From positions 379,750,001 to 379,814,000 of the forward strand of contig OZ024740.1 in the NCBI GenBank assembly GCA_964016885.1: 64,000 bases of DNA. Direction: 5' to 3'. The position numbers were made by a program, and so were the translations under genes. This document shows, in pieces, positions 14,434-28,689 of the stretch. The stretch comes from Eledone cirrhosa. Taxonomy: Eukaryota. Numbering within the stretch: the stretch's first letter is position 1; the number at the start of each line of letters is the position of its first letter. The notes under the pieces are model-generated. The model was not told the origin of the DNA. It ran no database searches and was given only the letters and a program-made list of their open reading frames with translations.

Positions 14434-16198
14434 ATCCGACAAGGGTGCCCTCTCTCCTCCCTTCTGTATGTAATGACTCTAGAGCCACTGCTGCGGAAGT
14501 TGGAGTTGTTGCAGGGCATCCCGTTGGAACCGGGATTGCGGAAAGCAGTGTCGGCCTACGCTGACGACGTAACAGTAATGGTGTCGACGGCCTCGGAAAT
14601 CGGAGCGATCGGCACCTTACTGGAGGAGTACGAAAGGTTTACAGGGGCTAAGCTGAACCGGGACAAGTCGATCGGTCTGCAACTCGGCACGTGGAGGGGC
14701 AGATCGATGTCCTCCGATGGCGTCGTCGGGCGCTGGACGAAGGGCCTGGTGAAGTTGCTCGGGGTCTGGTTCGGACCAGACCTCCAGGTGGAGAAGAACT
14801 GGGGGAGGTAATGAACAGGGTGTTTGCACTGACCCAGAAGTGGGCCGAGTGCAAACTGTCCCTTAAAGGTCGGGCGGAGGTGGCGAACACTTATATAGCG
14901 TCCGTCATCTACTACCGCCTGACCGTTGTGCCTTGCCCAAGGGAAACGCTCGCCAAAATGGAGCGCGCACTCTTCCAATTCTTTTGGAAGAAGCGGGCTC
15001 CTATGTTGAGGAGATCCATCTGCTGTTAACACACTTCGAAAGGAGGGTTGGGGATGCCGTGGCTAATGATACGTAAACACGCATTAAGGCTACGGCACCT
15101 CCAGGTATTCCTCACCGGTCAACCGGTGTGGGCCCCGTTTGTGAGGCGAGCCTTTCCCAGACTCGTCTCACTCACCGAGCTGCAATCCTGGGTCAAGCAA
15201 AGACCGAGAAAACTGGGCGCCTGGCACACCGAGTGTGCCCAGGCGCTCACAGATCTCTGGCAGGCGGACCTGGCTGTCAGTGGAGAATCCACCTCGTCAT
15301 TCTATAGAGGGCTGGTGATTAGCAGGTGCGACGACGCCCTCGGAGAAGCCATAGGCATGGAGGAAGACAAACTGGCCAACCTGTTCGGTAGGACATTCAG
15401 CCCGGGACCCATGGATAAATTCCAGAAGTCCCTGGCCTGGCAGTGCTACAGAAGGGCTCTGCCCGTTCGAGAAAGGCTCTACAGACACGGGCGCCCGGGT
15501 AGGGACCCCTCGAAAAAGATCTGTCCCAGATGCGTGTGCGACGAGGAAACCGTTGCACACGCATTGGTACACTGCTCGGGCATTGCCGATCTGTGGGGCT
15601 ATGTCGAACAACTGCTGTCAAGGGTGGGACCGATCCGGTTGACTACCGAGTCTATTGTAACGATCAAGCCGCCTCCCCTCTTCAAAAACGAAGGAGAGGC
15701 GGTTTCTGTGCGTAATAGCCATGGCGAAAGAGGTTGTATGGTGGACGCGTCTGAAAGGACTGAGGTCAGACACCTTTCTCTCTGGCCAACAACTGGTCCG
15801 TTTCTTCCGATATCATTTGGGAAGAAGGATCAGGATGGAGAGAGAAGTGCTGCACCCCAGCCGTTTTTATGAAAGATGGGTGAAAGTGGCGAGAATGGCC
15901 CGTGTGAATGGGCCTTCACTCTACATCAGACTATAGGTGAGGAAGATGAAAGATCAAGGGAGCACCCCCTCTCTGTGCTCCTGAGGAGAAGGGTTGCACA
16001 CTTTTTTCGGGGGTGTGTGCGACCCCCCAAGGCGCCTCCTCCCTATTGAGGATTTTGTTATAAAATTTATTTTGTTATGTTGTATTTTATTTTTATATCT
16101 TGTTATTGCCTCCTCATTGAGGACGCCTTGTTATGTAAACTCCCCCCCCCATTGTACTTGTCCCACTTTTTGATGCCCTGGTGGTAAATAAAAAGAAA

Positions 16199-16200
<2 letters not shown>
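14432..16200 (+). mobile_element. Tx1/L1-clade LINE copy 1, 5'-truncated (RT C-terminal half plus zf-RVT)
   Basis: IRQGCPLS, AYADDVT and CPRC..ETVAHALVHC motifs with frameshifts; ends in aaataaaaagaaaat followed by (TATC)n. Confidence 0.93.

Positions 16201-16284
<84 letters not shown>
16201..16284 (+). repeat. (TATC)n between Tx1 copies 1 and 2
   Basis: About 21 TATC units. Confidence 0.97.
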
Positions 16285-16289
<5 letters not shown>

Positions 16290-16498
16290 GTCTGACGCGT
16301 GGAACATCGCCGGTAAGCTTTTTTGTTAATTTCTATGCAAAAAAACCGAACTAATTGTTTGAAAAAACATAACACTTTGTAGATTAACCCCCAAGCTGAA
16401 TTGTCAGCTGAGTGGTAATCCCATTTTTCGCCCCTGTAGGGACGAACATTTTATTTTAAAAATTGTTTTAAAATATCAGATTTTACAAACTAAATAAC

Positions 16499-18352
16499 TT
16501 GAGCAACACAAGAACCCTGGAGAACGTTAATAGAGAAAAGAGAGAGAAAGAGGCAGATATTAACGTTATATCTGCTTCTGCTACTATGGACGTCGCCATA
16601 GATACGACTGTCAACAAAGAGGAAAAAATATTACCACTTGAAGATTTTAAAATTTCTACCGTCGAAGCGGAGAAAAATAACAATAACACACAGGAAAACA
16701 CAGGAATTAAACCCATTAACATACATACACATGAAAAAGATATCAACAACTCCACTGATACATCTACACATAATGTTTCACCTCGACAAGGAACTGAGAT
16801 TTCCAACACCGAGGCTAACGACCATAACAACAACAACAGCAACACCACACAAAAAAAAGAAAATATCTTTCGCTGAAACAGTGAACAAAAAACAAGATTT
16901 TATAAATCTTGATATCTCCAACGCAGGAGATATGATCCAGCAAGGGAGAACATTTGTAACTTTCGAAGAAAGAGGTGGGTTTAGAATTAACTCACCGCTT
17001 GAAATAAAGGAAGACACAATTCGCAGATCAGTCACCTTTAGGACTGTGTCAAATTCCACAAGAAAGCCGACATTTGTTAGCCAAGCAGATATAGAAGATA
17101 CTTTCAAGGAAATTCTAGCAAATGTCGATTTTCTCCAGCGAGGAAAACAGTACGGAAGTGTTTCCGTACTGTTTAAAAGCATACACCTTTTTACCTACAT
17201 ACATGGGGAAAAGGACACAAAAAATAAAAATAAAAAACATACCCCAAACATTAACATCTGGTGGATCTTGGCTGGCTTCGTAGAGCCAGAAACTGATATG
17301 ATTCTTTCGATACGAAAATCTATTCGACAAAGGTGGGCGGGTACAGATTTGGATATTCTGTTGCAAATGAAACCGGAGAGAATCTCCAAAATACCCGAAA
17401 GAGTCGTCATCGATAATAACAACAAAATAAACATTTCGGTAGAAGGACGAAAATTTCATTGCTTTCGCTGTGGTAGCACAGCACACATAAAAGCCTCTTG
17501 TCCATAAACACACAACATCATCATTAAAAAAACACTATTACCAACACCAACACCAAAACAACCACCACCACCACAAGTACAACGACAGACGAAACGAGCA
17601 ACCACACCAAAACAAACAGACACTCAACCAACAACAACAGAAAAAACAGAGACAACACCCTGAAGAACACAGCCCCGCTCCATCCCACTCCATCAAACAC
17701 TACCACAAACACACACACCGAAACACCACCATCACACAACATACCCCTACCCCACACACCTGACGATGATTATTCATCGACGGATGAAGCTGCTTCTCCT
17801 TCTTTAAGTGAAGAAGAGGGAGAGCCGCGGAAATCTAAAAAACAAAAAAAAGAGACACCACAAAACCCCCAAAACTCCAATCCCCAACACCAACACACAA
17901 CCACAGACACAAACAACACAAACAACACCATAGTCAAACATCCCCCTATCAGCAAAACCAGTACCAACACCACCCCAAACACAAGCATCCACCATAAAAA
18001 GAAAACTCCCGGACGAACAACAAACTAAAACAACACAGCAAAACACAAACAACAATACGCATACATCAACACAAACAACAAGAGTTTGATGGAGGTCATC
18101 TCCCAAAACCGCAAGGTGGAGACGGAGGGCAAAACTTTCGTCAAGGCAGAATCGTCTCCACACCTTAAACTTATAAGGGCTTCTATGGAAACTTATAATG
18201 ACCTAAAAAATAAATTTTCACAGGACGTGGGCAACCCCTGCCACAGACCCATCAACTTCGTCCTTTTAAATTGTTTCCCCACCCCACCTAACACCCCATC
18301 CATCACCCAAATGGAGATTGAACAACCCGATCTCCAGGAAACGAAAAGGTAA
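16499..18352 (+). pseudogene. Tx1-like ORF1 (CCHC zinc knuckle), frameshifted
   Basis: CFRCGSTAHIKASCP knuckle and Thr/Pro/Gln-rich region; homologous to 61160-62148. Confidence 0.8.
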
Positions 18353-18393
18353 GTGCACCTTTCGTCCTTTTTCTCCAACTTTTCTTCACCAAC

Positions 18394-21300
18394 ATGGCTG
18401 GTTTACGAGTTGGAACCGTGAATGTGCGTGGCCTAGGGATGCCCTGGAAACAGGGCCAACTTTTAAACGACCTTAGGTCACACAGTATGGATGTGATAGC
18501 CATCACCGAGTCCAGGATCCACAACAGGCAGCAACTAACCCCCATCTTCGACGACTTTGAGATCTACGCATCTCTCTGTCAGCCAGGAGGTGGAGGTGGA
18601 GTGGCTGCCATGTTTCGGAAGAACCTGGACGTCGAAGTACAGCAAGTACACTTGGACCCGGAGAGTAGACTGGTAGTCCTAGACGTGAACAGTATTGGAG
18701 GTGGAGCCTTCAGACTGGTGGCCGTTTATGCAATCACGGCCAGACTTCTTTAAGCGTCTAGAGTATTTTCTGGGAACGTCTCGCTCCTTACTTTTAGTGG
18801 GGGACTGGAATGGTATCATAGATACACGATGGGACTATGTGGGAGCATGTCCTAGTAGAGCGGGGTGCAACAGCCTCAAAACTTTAATCGGCCAATTCCA
18901 ACTGGCCGATAGGTATCGACTGGATTTCCCGACTGCACCACAGTGGACGTTGGAAAACCGCAGTGGGAATCTAGATCGTATTTAGATAGGTTCTTCATTA
19001 GAGAAAGGGACAAGGAGATGTTAAGCTGTCCACGAATGCACATGGTTACCTATTCGGATCACAAGTTAGTCGTCTGCTTAGTCAACCGTGATAGACTACA
19101 TAGACAGGGACCCGGATACTGGAAGCTGAACGTGTCGTTGCCGGCACGTAAAGCTTACAGTGAACGGATAAGAAGACAAGTCAAGCAACAGTTAACGGGA
19201 GCCATCGTCAACAATAGATAGTGGTACTCTCTCAAGAAAGCAATCAGAATAGAATCGATAGGGTATAGCAGAGAGTTAGCCTTAGAGAAAAACAGAATAG
19301 AAAGAGAACTAGTAGCCAAGGTAGAGGAGGCACTTAGGAGTGGCAACGCGGCTAGAGTGTTAGCGTCGAGAACGGCACTGGACCAGTTCTTCGATGCGAA
19401 ACACGAAGGCTGCATGGTCAGAAGCAAAACATGTGCTCTAGGAAACGAAGGAGCGAAAGCTGTCAGCTGGGCCCGAGTGGCGGAGGCAAAAAGTGGCAAC
19501 AAGTCCACGATTCGGTTTTTGAAAGACCAAAACGGATGCGTGCTACTTAGGGCGTAGTAACGCTGATCAGGAAAGACGAGAACAAGGGGGACGAAATTAA
19601 CAACTTCAGGCCCATAACTCTGCTCAACACAGAGTTAAATATTTTGGCCAAGGTGCTAGCAACGAGGTTGGCGCTTGTCTTCGAGAACCTGGTAGGGAAA
19701 GTGCAAACGTGTGCAATCCCGACCAGGTCCATACACGACAACCTCCACCCCATGCGATACATCATAGGGAGAGTGGGTAGTAAACCCGGCTTCGGTGGGG
19801 CTCTGATCAACTTGCATCAGTCTAAGGCATTCGATAGGGTCGACCATCGATACTTGGAAGCGGTTCTCAAGGCGGCCGGTTTCGGTCCCGTGTTCAGAGG
19901 ATGGATCGAGGCGATGCACACCAGCATCTGCTCGAGGGTCAAGGTGAACGGCTACCTATCGGAGCCGTTCGCAATCACGCGTTCCATTCGACAGGGGTGC
20001 CCTCTCTCCTCCATTCTGTATGTATTGACTCTAGAGTCACTACTGCGGAAATTGTAGCTGTTGCGGGGCATCCCTCTAGAACCGGGTCTGCGCAAAGCGT
20101 CGTCGGCTTATGCCGACGACGTCACGGTAATGGTGTCGAGCATCTCGGAGATCGGGGTGATCGGCAACTTACTGAAAGAATACGAAACGCTGACGGGAGC
20201 AAAGCTAAACCCGGATAAGTCTGTTGGTTTGCAACTCGGTACGTGGAGAGGCAAACGGATGACGTCCGACAGCGCCGTTGGACGCTGGACGGACGGACCG
20301 GTGAAATTGCTTGGGGTCTGGTTCGATCCAGACCTCCAGGTGGAGAAAAACTGGAACGAGGTCACGGCCAAGGTGTTTGTACTCACCCAGAAGTGGGCAG
20401 AGTGCAAACTGTCCTTGAAAGGTCGAGCGGAGGTGGCGAATACTTTCGTAGCGTCCGTCATCTACTACCGCTTGACTGTCGTGCCTTGTCCCCGTGAACA
20501 CTTCGCCAAGATGGAACGCATGCTCTTCCAGTTTCCGTGGAAGAAGCAGGCTCCGCTGGTGAGGAGACCCGTCTGCTGTCAGCACCCTTCCAACGGAGGG
20601 CTGGGAATGCCGTGGCTGATGATGCGCAAACATGCGCTGAGACTGCGGCATCTCCAGGTATTCCTCACCGACCCCCAACCGGTGTGGGCACCGTTTGTGA
20701 GACAGGCTTTCCCACAGCTCGTCTCGCTGACGGAGCTGCAGTCCTGGGTCAAGAAAAGACCGAAAACGATGGGCGCCTGGCACATTGAATGCGCTCAGGC
20801 GCTCACAGTCCTCTGGCAAGCGGGCGCAGCAATCAGTGGAGACTCCACTTCGATATTCTATAGAGGGATTGTACGTTACAAGGGCGACGACGTGCTCGGA
20901 GAGACTCTGGGCGTCGAAGACGATGAGCTCACCAGTCTGTTTGGTAGGACTTTCCGCCCGGGACCTATGGACAACTTCCAGAGGTCCCTGGCCTGGCAGT
21001 ACTACCGAGGAGCTCTACCGCTTCGTGACAAGATCTATAGGCACGGACGCCCCGGCAGGGATCCTACCAAGAGGACGTGTCCAAGATGCGCGCAGGACAT
21101 TGAAACAGTCCTGCACGCAATTGTACACTGCCCGGGCGTAACCGACCTGTGGAACTATGCAGAACAACTGGTGTCGCGTATGGAACAAATCCAGTTGACT
21201 GCCGAGTCCATAGTAAGGATCAAACTGCCAGCCTCTTTCAAAAACGAAAGAGAGGCGGTTTTCCTCTGTACGGTGGCTATGGTGAAAGAAGTTATATGGT

Positions 21301-21494
21301 GGACGAGATTGAGAGGACTGAGGACAGATGCCTTTCTCTCCGGACAACAATTGATTCCCTTCTTTAAGTATCACTTTAGAAGGAGAATCAGAGTGGAGAG
21401 AGAGGCACTGCACCCCAGTAAATTTACTGAAAGGTGGATGAATGAAGCGAAAATGGCCCGAGTGATTGGGCCTTCTCTGTTTATAAGCCTGTAG
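18394..21494 (+). pseudogene. Tx1-like ORF2: AP endonuclease plus reverse transcriptase, disrupted
   Basis: MAGLRVGTVNVRGL, VGDWN, YSDH, KAFDRVDH, IRQGCPLS, AYADD and CPRC..H..C motifs; stops and frameshifts; ~330-bp deletion at ~19549 relative to copy 3. Confidence 0.93.
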
Positions 21495-21727
21495 GTTGAA
21501 GAAGAGAGCAAAAGGAAGAAAGGGGCACTTGCACAACACGCTCCTGGAGTTGAGGGTTGTTCTATCGACGGTGTATTAAACAACCCATTTGTGACGCTTC
21601 CCCCCTATTGGGGATTTCGGTTGTTGTAATTGTTTGTTTTTATATTTTTTACACGACTGTATGTAAAATCCCCGGCATGTCTTTGTATTGTCCCCTTTTC
21701 TTGTGCGCCCTTGTGGCAAATAAAGAA

Positions 21728-21772
<45 letters not shown>

Positions 21773-21803
21773 ATCCCCACAAATGCTCCCCCCTCTCTCT
21801 CTG

Positions 21804-21876
<73 letters not shown>

Positions 21877-22628
21877 TATGTATGTATATTGAGCGAGAGG
21901 CGTGGCGAAAAGGAGAGATTATAGTGTGGAAAATGTACGGGAAAAGTGAAAACAATACAACCGAAAAAAAATTCTGACAAGAACTCGAAAATCCGTCTTC
22001 AAGAGAAACGTCGTAAAGAGTAAAGAAAGAATTATGTAACGCACATAAAAACAAATGAACAATATTCGACACTATTTCATAAGTAGGTGATATCTCTAAA
22101 GATAGAGATTATTTCACATTTACACTGCATCATACGATATGCAATGTGACATTAAAATATACATACTAAGAAATCGATAAAGCTGCTCGCATGTCCTGCG
22201 ATATCATAAAAATGTCCGTTATATCGATTCTGGGAAAATGAATACATAATTTTATCAACAAAATATACGTATCGAAGTATAATAATTTGAGATATGTCAT
22301 TCTACTAAAACTAAATAAAATATATTAACATTAACACAGATAACGGTGGGATATTAAGATTATTTATGGAATACAAAAGCGACATATCAGTTGCCAGTTT
22401 CTGGAAGGAAAACTACGAAAGTGATTCATTCTAAGAAATTTGATTTTTCACGTAAGTACAGCCGACAATGATAGAAACAATGCATACATTATGAATGCGA
22501 AATCAAGTTTTTCAATTTATCCAGGCAAGTGGTTCACAACCGTTTGTGATCAACACAACTCTTATAATGTGAGCCATATGTTCAGCAATATAAGCATTTA
22601 TAAATAAACTATCAGAGTGTTTGAAATA

Positions 22629-22766
22629 CTTAGAAAATGTAGAAAATCTCGAACGCTGAAAATAACTGAACACAGTCGATTGCTATAAATAATAGCTAAG
22701 AAAATCGGGTGAAAAGTGACCGGTAGCCGTAATTTTCTACGTTCGAGATTTTTTACATTTTCTAAG
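22629..22766. mobile_element. MITE-like inverted repeat
   Basis: cttagaaaatgtagaaaatctcgaacg ... cgttcgagatttttacattttctaag; possibly nested in a hAT/Charlie-like remnant at ~22526-22853. Confidence 0.5.
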
Positions 22767-24052
22767 GATAAGCATTTATAGTTTCACTGGTTTTCACTTC
22801 AATTGCCTATGAAGTTTCAATGGTGTTCTATGTCCTCCTGTGAGAAACACTGATCTAAGCTATTGATAAATGGTTATTATCAATATGCATCATACTCTTG
22901 CCAGAGATATCAGCGACCACATTGACATTCACACGTCAACTACGATCGAGTGGAAAGGATGATTTTTTTGGGGGGGCGGAATGTATACAGTGAGTGGTCC
23001 TCCACATCCTTTTCATAGCGAAGTATACCTTATTTTAAGGCAGAGACAATGAGGAGCAGAGAAAGAAGGTGAGAATGAAAGAACGAGAAGAGGGAGGGTG
23101 TGTGAGTGAGAGAGAAGGAATTGTCCTCTGTGCTTTACTTGTAATTCATTTAATCGATCTCTAGAGACTAAATGGCAAAGTTGACCTCGGTAAGATTTGA
23201 ACATTTTAGGCTAAGTATTCCATTGATACGTGACACACAACTTAATTCTCAAAGAGAGCGTGATAGAGTATATGACAAGGCTGAACCTTATAAGTACATC
23301 GCATTTTTCCAGTGAAATAACATATCTTGCTGAAGAACACATTCGGCACCCAGGAAATGAACACACAACCTTACGATTGTAAGCCGAACACACTAACCAC
23401 TAAGTGACGCTCCTATGTGTAAATATATATTTTTAGCGATACAACATAACATTGTATAGAGCGATATCAGGTTTTAAATTAAATTCTTCCTTTCATTAAG
23501 ATAACAAGAAACCTAGCAAATTCAGCCTGTTGCTGTCAGAATATATAACTATACATGTAAATGTAGTTACCCAACAACTTAATATGTTGCAGGACCAAAC
23601 ATACTATACGATTCCACACACATCAAAAACAAATAAACATAACTAAAAATGCAAAAAATACAAACACAAGAAATATTAAATTGATTTATCTGTATGTTCT
23701 AGAATTGATCTAGTATTCTCCAACGGCCTGCCTTGCGTTAAACATCAGAGAAAAGCAAGACATTTAGGAAGGGAAAAAGAGACAACACGATTTACTCTTC
23801 TTCCCTTCGTATTTTCTATATCGATATTCCCGTCTATCAGAAGGCATAAATAATATGAAAAGGGAGGACTAACATCTCTAAGAAGCAAAGTATCAACACA
23901 TCATTTAATTAGATATTCACACATTTAATATGCTAAGATAGCGGAATTTCCTTATATGTAATTTAAAAATTCAAGTACTGGGTTCGATTTAACGGATTTT
24001 CCTCTCCCGTCAAGATAAAAAGCTGCACTAGAAATTATCATCCTTATTATTA

Positions 24053-24510
24053 CGATGGTGAATTGGCAGTATCGGTAGAGGGTCGGACATGCTTTCCAGC
24101 ATAGTTACGTCCCTTTACGATCTGAGTTCAAATCCCGCTGAGGTTAACTTTGCCTTTCATCCTCACGGGGTCGATAAAATAAAGTACCAGTCACGCACTG
24201 GGGTCGATTTAATCGACTCGCCCCCCCCCCCCAAAAAAAAAAAAAATCACTGGCCTTGTGCCTATATAAGAAACCATTATTACGATGGTGAATTGGCAGT
24301 ATCGGTAGAGGATCGGACATGCTTTCCAGCATAGTTACGTCCCTTTACAATCTGAGTTTAAATCCCGCCGAGGTTAACTTTGCCTTTCATCCTTACGGGG
24401 TCGATAAAATAAAGTACCAGTAATGTACTGGGATAATTGCTGGCCTAGTGCCAAAAGTAGAAACTATTATTACGATGGTGGATTGGCAAAATATTTAGAA
24501 CGTCGGATAA
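24053..24510 (+). mobile_element. Tandem Deu/Nin-like SINE copies (two full copies plus a third head)
   Basis: Heads acgatggtgaattggcag at ~24052, 24282 and 24472. Confidence 0.85.
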
Positions 24511-24951
24511 AAATTCCCCTTGCTATTTAGTTACAGCCGTTTACATTCTAAACAAACAGAAATGATGTATAGTATGATAAAAGCAATAACAACAGTTTTG
24601 CTTGTATTACCAGAAAATGAAGTCGAGTGACATCGATCACTACCAAATAAAAGATATGGGAGTTGTATGTTATGAAGACAAATGTGTCCTTTCTGTTTTA
24701 ATATATTGAGGAACTCGCTTGACCCCCAAATGTTCACCAGGCTCTTATAAATGTACTAGGTCCGAGTATAAGAAGTTAATAGCGATTGGAGCTGAGGGAT
24801 ACTGTGATTGCTTTTCACATGTTTGTTGGGGGATTGTCCTTATACAGGTAAAATTGTTGTTTTTTTTTACTTAAATATACTTAGTATTGTATATAAATAA
24901 TATTTTGAATAATAATGCTCTGTAAAATACGGGGTTTCACCAGTATAAAGT

Positions 24952-25037
<86 letters not shown>

Positions 25038-25086
25038 GAAAAGTGTCAGGACCCCGACGGCTGAGCTCCGCCCGTACGAGTGAAAG

Positions 25087-25366
25087 TATAAGGAAAAAAG
25101 ATGAAATCGAAAATGTAAATGGAGTCTTTTTTTTTAAAATATATTTATTTGGTTCCTTTACCGGTTTCGCAGTTCTTGTGTTTTTCAAAAGTAGAATTAA
25201 GATGGAGGGTTTGTGGTTTTTCTCACATGAGAAAAACCACAAACCCTCCATCTTAATTCTACTTTTGAAAAACACAAGAACTGCGAAACCGGTAAAGGAA
25301 CCAAATAAATATATTTAAAAAAAAAAGACCCCATTTACATTTTCGATTTCATCTTTTTTCCTTATA
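25087..25366. ncRNA. Near-perfect 280-bp palindrome with two U3:A8 HHR motifs (family B)
   Basis: Centre tctca-ca-tgaga ~25226; plus core TTGAAAA 25265-25271, GAAAC 25285-25289, CG, GTA 25292-25294, stem I ctt/aag; related minus copy at ~56282-56413. Confidence 0.7.
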
Positions 25367-25906
25367 TATATATATTATTGAAAATATTAATAAATGAAAA
25401 ATATTCTCATAACCAAAATATATATTTTATTATACATATTTCAAAGGTACAATGGTGTTTCAGTACGTTTTCATCAGATAAAATATATGAGATTGGATAT
25501 GCGACATACAGCTAAGGTTTTGATTATTCAATTCAACGAACCATATAAACTTTTGGTTATTTATATATATAATTAAGTTTATAACGCTTTCCACAACAAT
25601 ACAAAATAATGGAGAATCAAAACATCTTTTAGTATCAAGGGATTGCTTTTTTATACATTTAACCGGCTGGGAGGTACTTCTCGGTAACTCCGAGTGATTC
25701 CCTCCCTTCCCGCCTCTGTTATACAACTGAAGAAATTTCTGAGGCTGGGAAAATCTGTGGGTTAACCTTCTCGCCCCAAATTTGCGTTTTCAGAAAAGAA
25801 GACAATTGCAAGCATGTCGGAGGTCGGAATTGTTGAAAACACAGTAAATATTTCTTCACTATTCCCATATTATATATGATATATATATATTATATATATA
25901 TGTGTA

Positions 25907-25937
<31 letters not shown>

Positions 25938-25965
25938 GTTTCTCTCCCCACCCCCTCTCTCTCTG

Positions 25966-25996
<31 letters not shown>

Positions 25997-27079
25997 AGAG
26001 TGAGAGACATAGAGAAAAAGGGGGCAATGAGAGAGAGAGAGAGGGGGAGGTTGATTGAAGAGTTAGTGAGAAGGAGAGATAAAGTGAGTCAGATATCAGG
26101 CCGGCCGACAACACGAAAAGGATGTAAAATTGTTTTAGTTATTTAAAGATCGGTGTTGTGTTTCCCTCTATATATATAGATAGCATGACGAGGACGGCCA
26201 GTACGTGGGTGCTTGAAAGAGCAGTAAATTCTCCTCTAACTCTCTCCCCATTCCATTTTCAGAAAATAAGCCGACAGTGAGCTTAATGGAGGTCAGATTA
26301 GTTGAAATCACACGAGAAACCTTCCAGAGTTGATAAATTATAAGGACTAACAATCCTCCCTAGAAAAGAAATCCTGATCACCTGCCAACTATTCTGTTTG
26401 GCAGAATAATTAGAAGTCTAATAATGACCTCGTTAAATTTGTTCTGCTTCTTTACATTTTGAGTTCAAATTCCGCCAATTTTAGCTTTGCCTTTGATTCT
26501 TTCAGAGTTGATCAAATACCAACCATGGGGACCGGTAGAATACTTAGCGTGCCTCCGATGTCAGAAAGGGCGGGAGATAATTCCTTACGTAATTAAAAAT
26601 CTTCAGAGAGGTCGGAAGTGGCTTACCACACTTTAAGAGTTGGTGGCTGTAAATAATATTGATGATATCATGTAGGCGCAGGCATGGTTTTGTGGGTAAA
26701 AAGTTTGTTTCATAAACCAGTGCTTAGGGGTTCGATAACACATTAGTTTCAAAAAATGTCTAAATTCCTTGTAAATGGATTCATACAGGCGGGGGTGGGG
26801 GTGTTTGTGTGCATAGATATGACTATTGTGATTAGGTGGAACAATTTAAATTAGAAATAAAGATGTGAAAACTAGAGTAGAGTAAGATAAAAGAAACAAA
26901 AGAATAGTTTATGCTTTCATTTCCTTATGCTTCGGGATTAAAACCACTTTTTCGAAAGAAAGGAAATGGATTGTAATAGTGATAACCTCGTTTTTGAAAA
27001 GGGGCCCCCAACCCCAAAATATCATGTAAACTGTTCTTTTCTTTTGTTTGTCTTTAACACATGAATATATATATTTATC

Positions 27080-27234
27080 TAATATAGAAATGGCTTCTAC
27101 GGGACTAGAACTGTTTCATTCGAAGGAAACAGTTCTAATCCTGTAGAAGCCATTTCTATATTAAACATTCATACTCTGCTATATATTGAGTACCTTACGG
27201 TGGTTATCCCCGATTGAACCCGGGATACACGCCC
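27080..27234. mobile_element. Head-to-head PLE-type fragment (family C), HHR 3' halves
   Basis: Palindrome 27080-27163 containing GAAAC-agttctaatcct-GTA; 3' end ccccgattgaacccggg...(TA)n; same family as 41885-42089. Confidence 0.7.
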
Positions 27235-27265
<31 letters not shown>

Positions 27266-28607
27266 GTGCGTGCGTGTGTGTGTGTGTAATTATATATGCG
27301 TGTATGTATTTGTTTACGCTGTTGCCAAACAATTGCTGTTGTTTATATTGTGCCCATGTATATCTCATAACCTAGTGGTTCGACAAATGGAGATCGATAA
27401 AATAAATAACTGACTCGAATAATTACTGGGTGATAATATGATAATATGTTTGGTTAAAGCTCGTGTCGGTAATGCGGTAGCATGGTCGCAGTCTTATGAC
27501 TGCAGAACCAATAAGATGGTAAAAAAAAAAGTATAATGGAAAAAAAATAAATATAAAACACTTGACTGTTATTGCTTGCTACCGCAGTTATTGCTACTGT
27601 CGATGTTGCTAGTGTTGATGATGGTTTTATTGTTATTGTTATTATTTTAAATACCTTTATCGAGTACACGTAGACGGAACATTGATGCGTGATATCTTTC
27701 AGATATTGCAGTCTTTTGTGTAATGAAGTGTAGTATAGTAGTGTAAAAGTGTAGAGTAGATGACACTTAATCTATAAGTGCGGCATAGAGATCAGCGTTG
27801 TGTAATACTTGGAGTAGTAGAAACGACACAGAATTAGACTAAATGCTCTTCTTTATCTGATTTTATCTCTCTATAGTTTTTCTTTCAAGTCTTGTCAAGT
27901 TCGATTTTGATTTTCAGTGCTTGAGATCGATAAAATAAATTAAAGTGTGGAGGTATGGTTGTGTGGTTAAGAAGTTTACTACGTAATTACCTGATTCTGG
28001 GGTTCTACGCCATGCAAGGTAAATTGGGTTCTCAACACTTGGGTTCTCAACACTTTCTGTAGTTGTACGGGCACCGTCATGGCATACGACATGTCTAGAG
28101 CATCTCTAAAGCTGGTGGCTTCCATTTTCTTTTGTTTTGACTATATTCAATTTCTTGTAGAGCGAAAGAGTGAGTGAGAGAGAGAGAGAGAGAGAGTGGG
28201 GAAAGTGAGAGAGTGAAAGGAAGAGAGAGAAAGTGAGAAGTTTCGACTCATCTACTGTGCCCAGTCAGTGCTATTTTTGCATATTTTGTTTTGTCTTCCT
28301 AATTTTTCTTTCAAGTTCTACCGAATTCGATTTTGATATTCATTGCCCGAAATCGATAAAATGAGTACCAGATATGTACTATGTGTTTGATCCAATCAAC
28401 AATAACACTTCACCTTTCCAATTTGTGGTCTTATGACGTAGTAAGAAATCAATATTTTCATGCTTCAAGTAGAAGTTAGCTCATTATAGCTCTTAATTCC
28501 AATATTTCAATGTTTCTTCGATATTAATTGTTTAGATTATTTCTTTCGTAGAAGCGTTATCATTCCGTCTTGTACGATAGGAATATAGGAACATTATCAG
28601 AACACCT

Positions 28608-28624
28608 TTCTTCTTCTTCTTCTT

Positions 28625-28688
<64 letters not shown>
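28608..28688. repeat. (TTC)n plus (ATG)n microsatellite
   Basis: Direct inspection. Confidence 0.95.
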
Positions 28689-28689
28689 G

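Larger units (their letters stand above)
16285..21728 (+). mobile_element. Tx1/L1-clade LINE copy 2, near full-length, decayed
   Basis: 5' UTR, ORF1 remnants, ORF2 (APE-RT-zf), 3' UTR ending gcaaataaagaa then (TATC)n 21729-21772. Confidence 0.94.

Noticed and set aside
20205-21539. Long minus-strand ORFs over the Tx1 RT region
   Set aside because: These are shadow frames of GC-rich LINE coding sequence.
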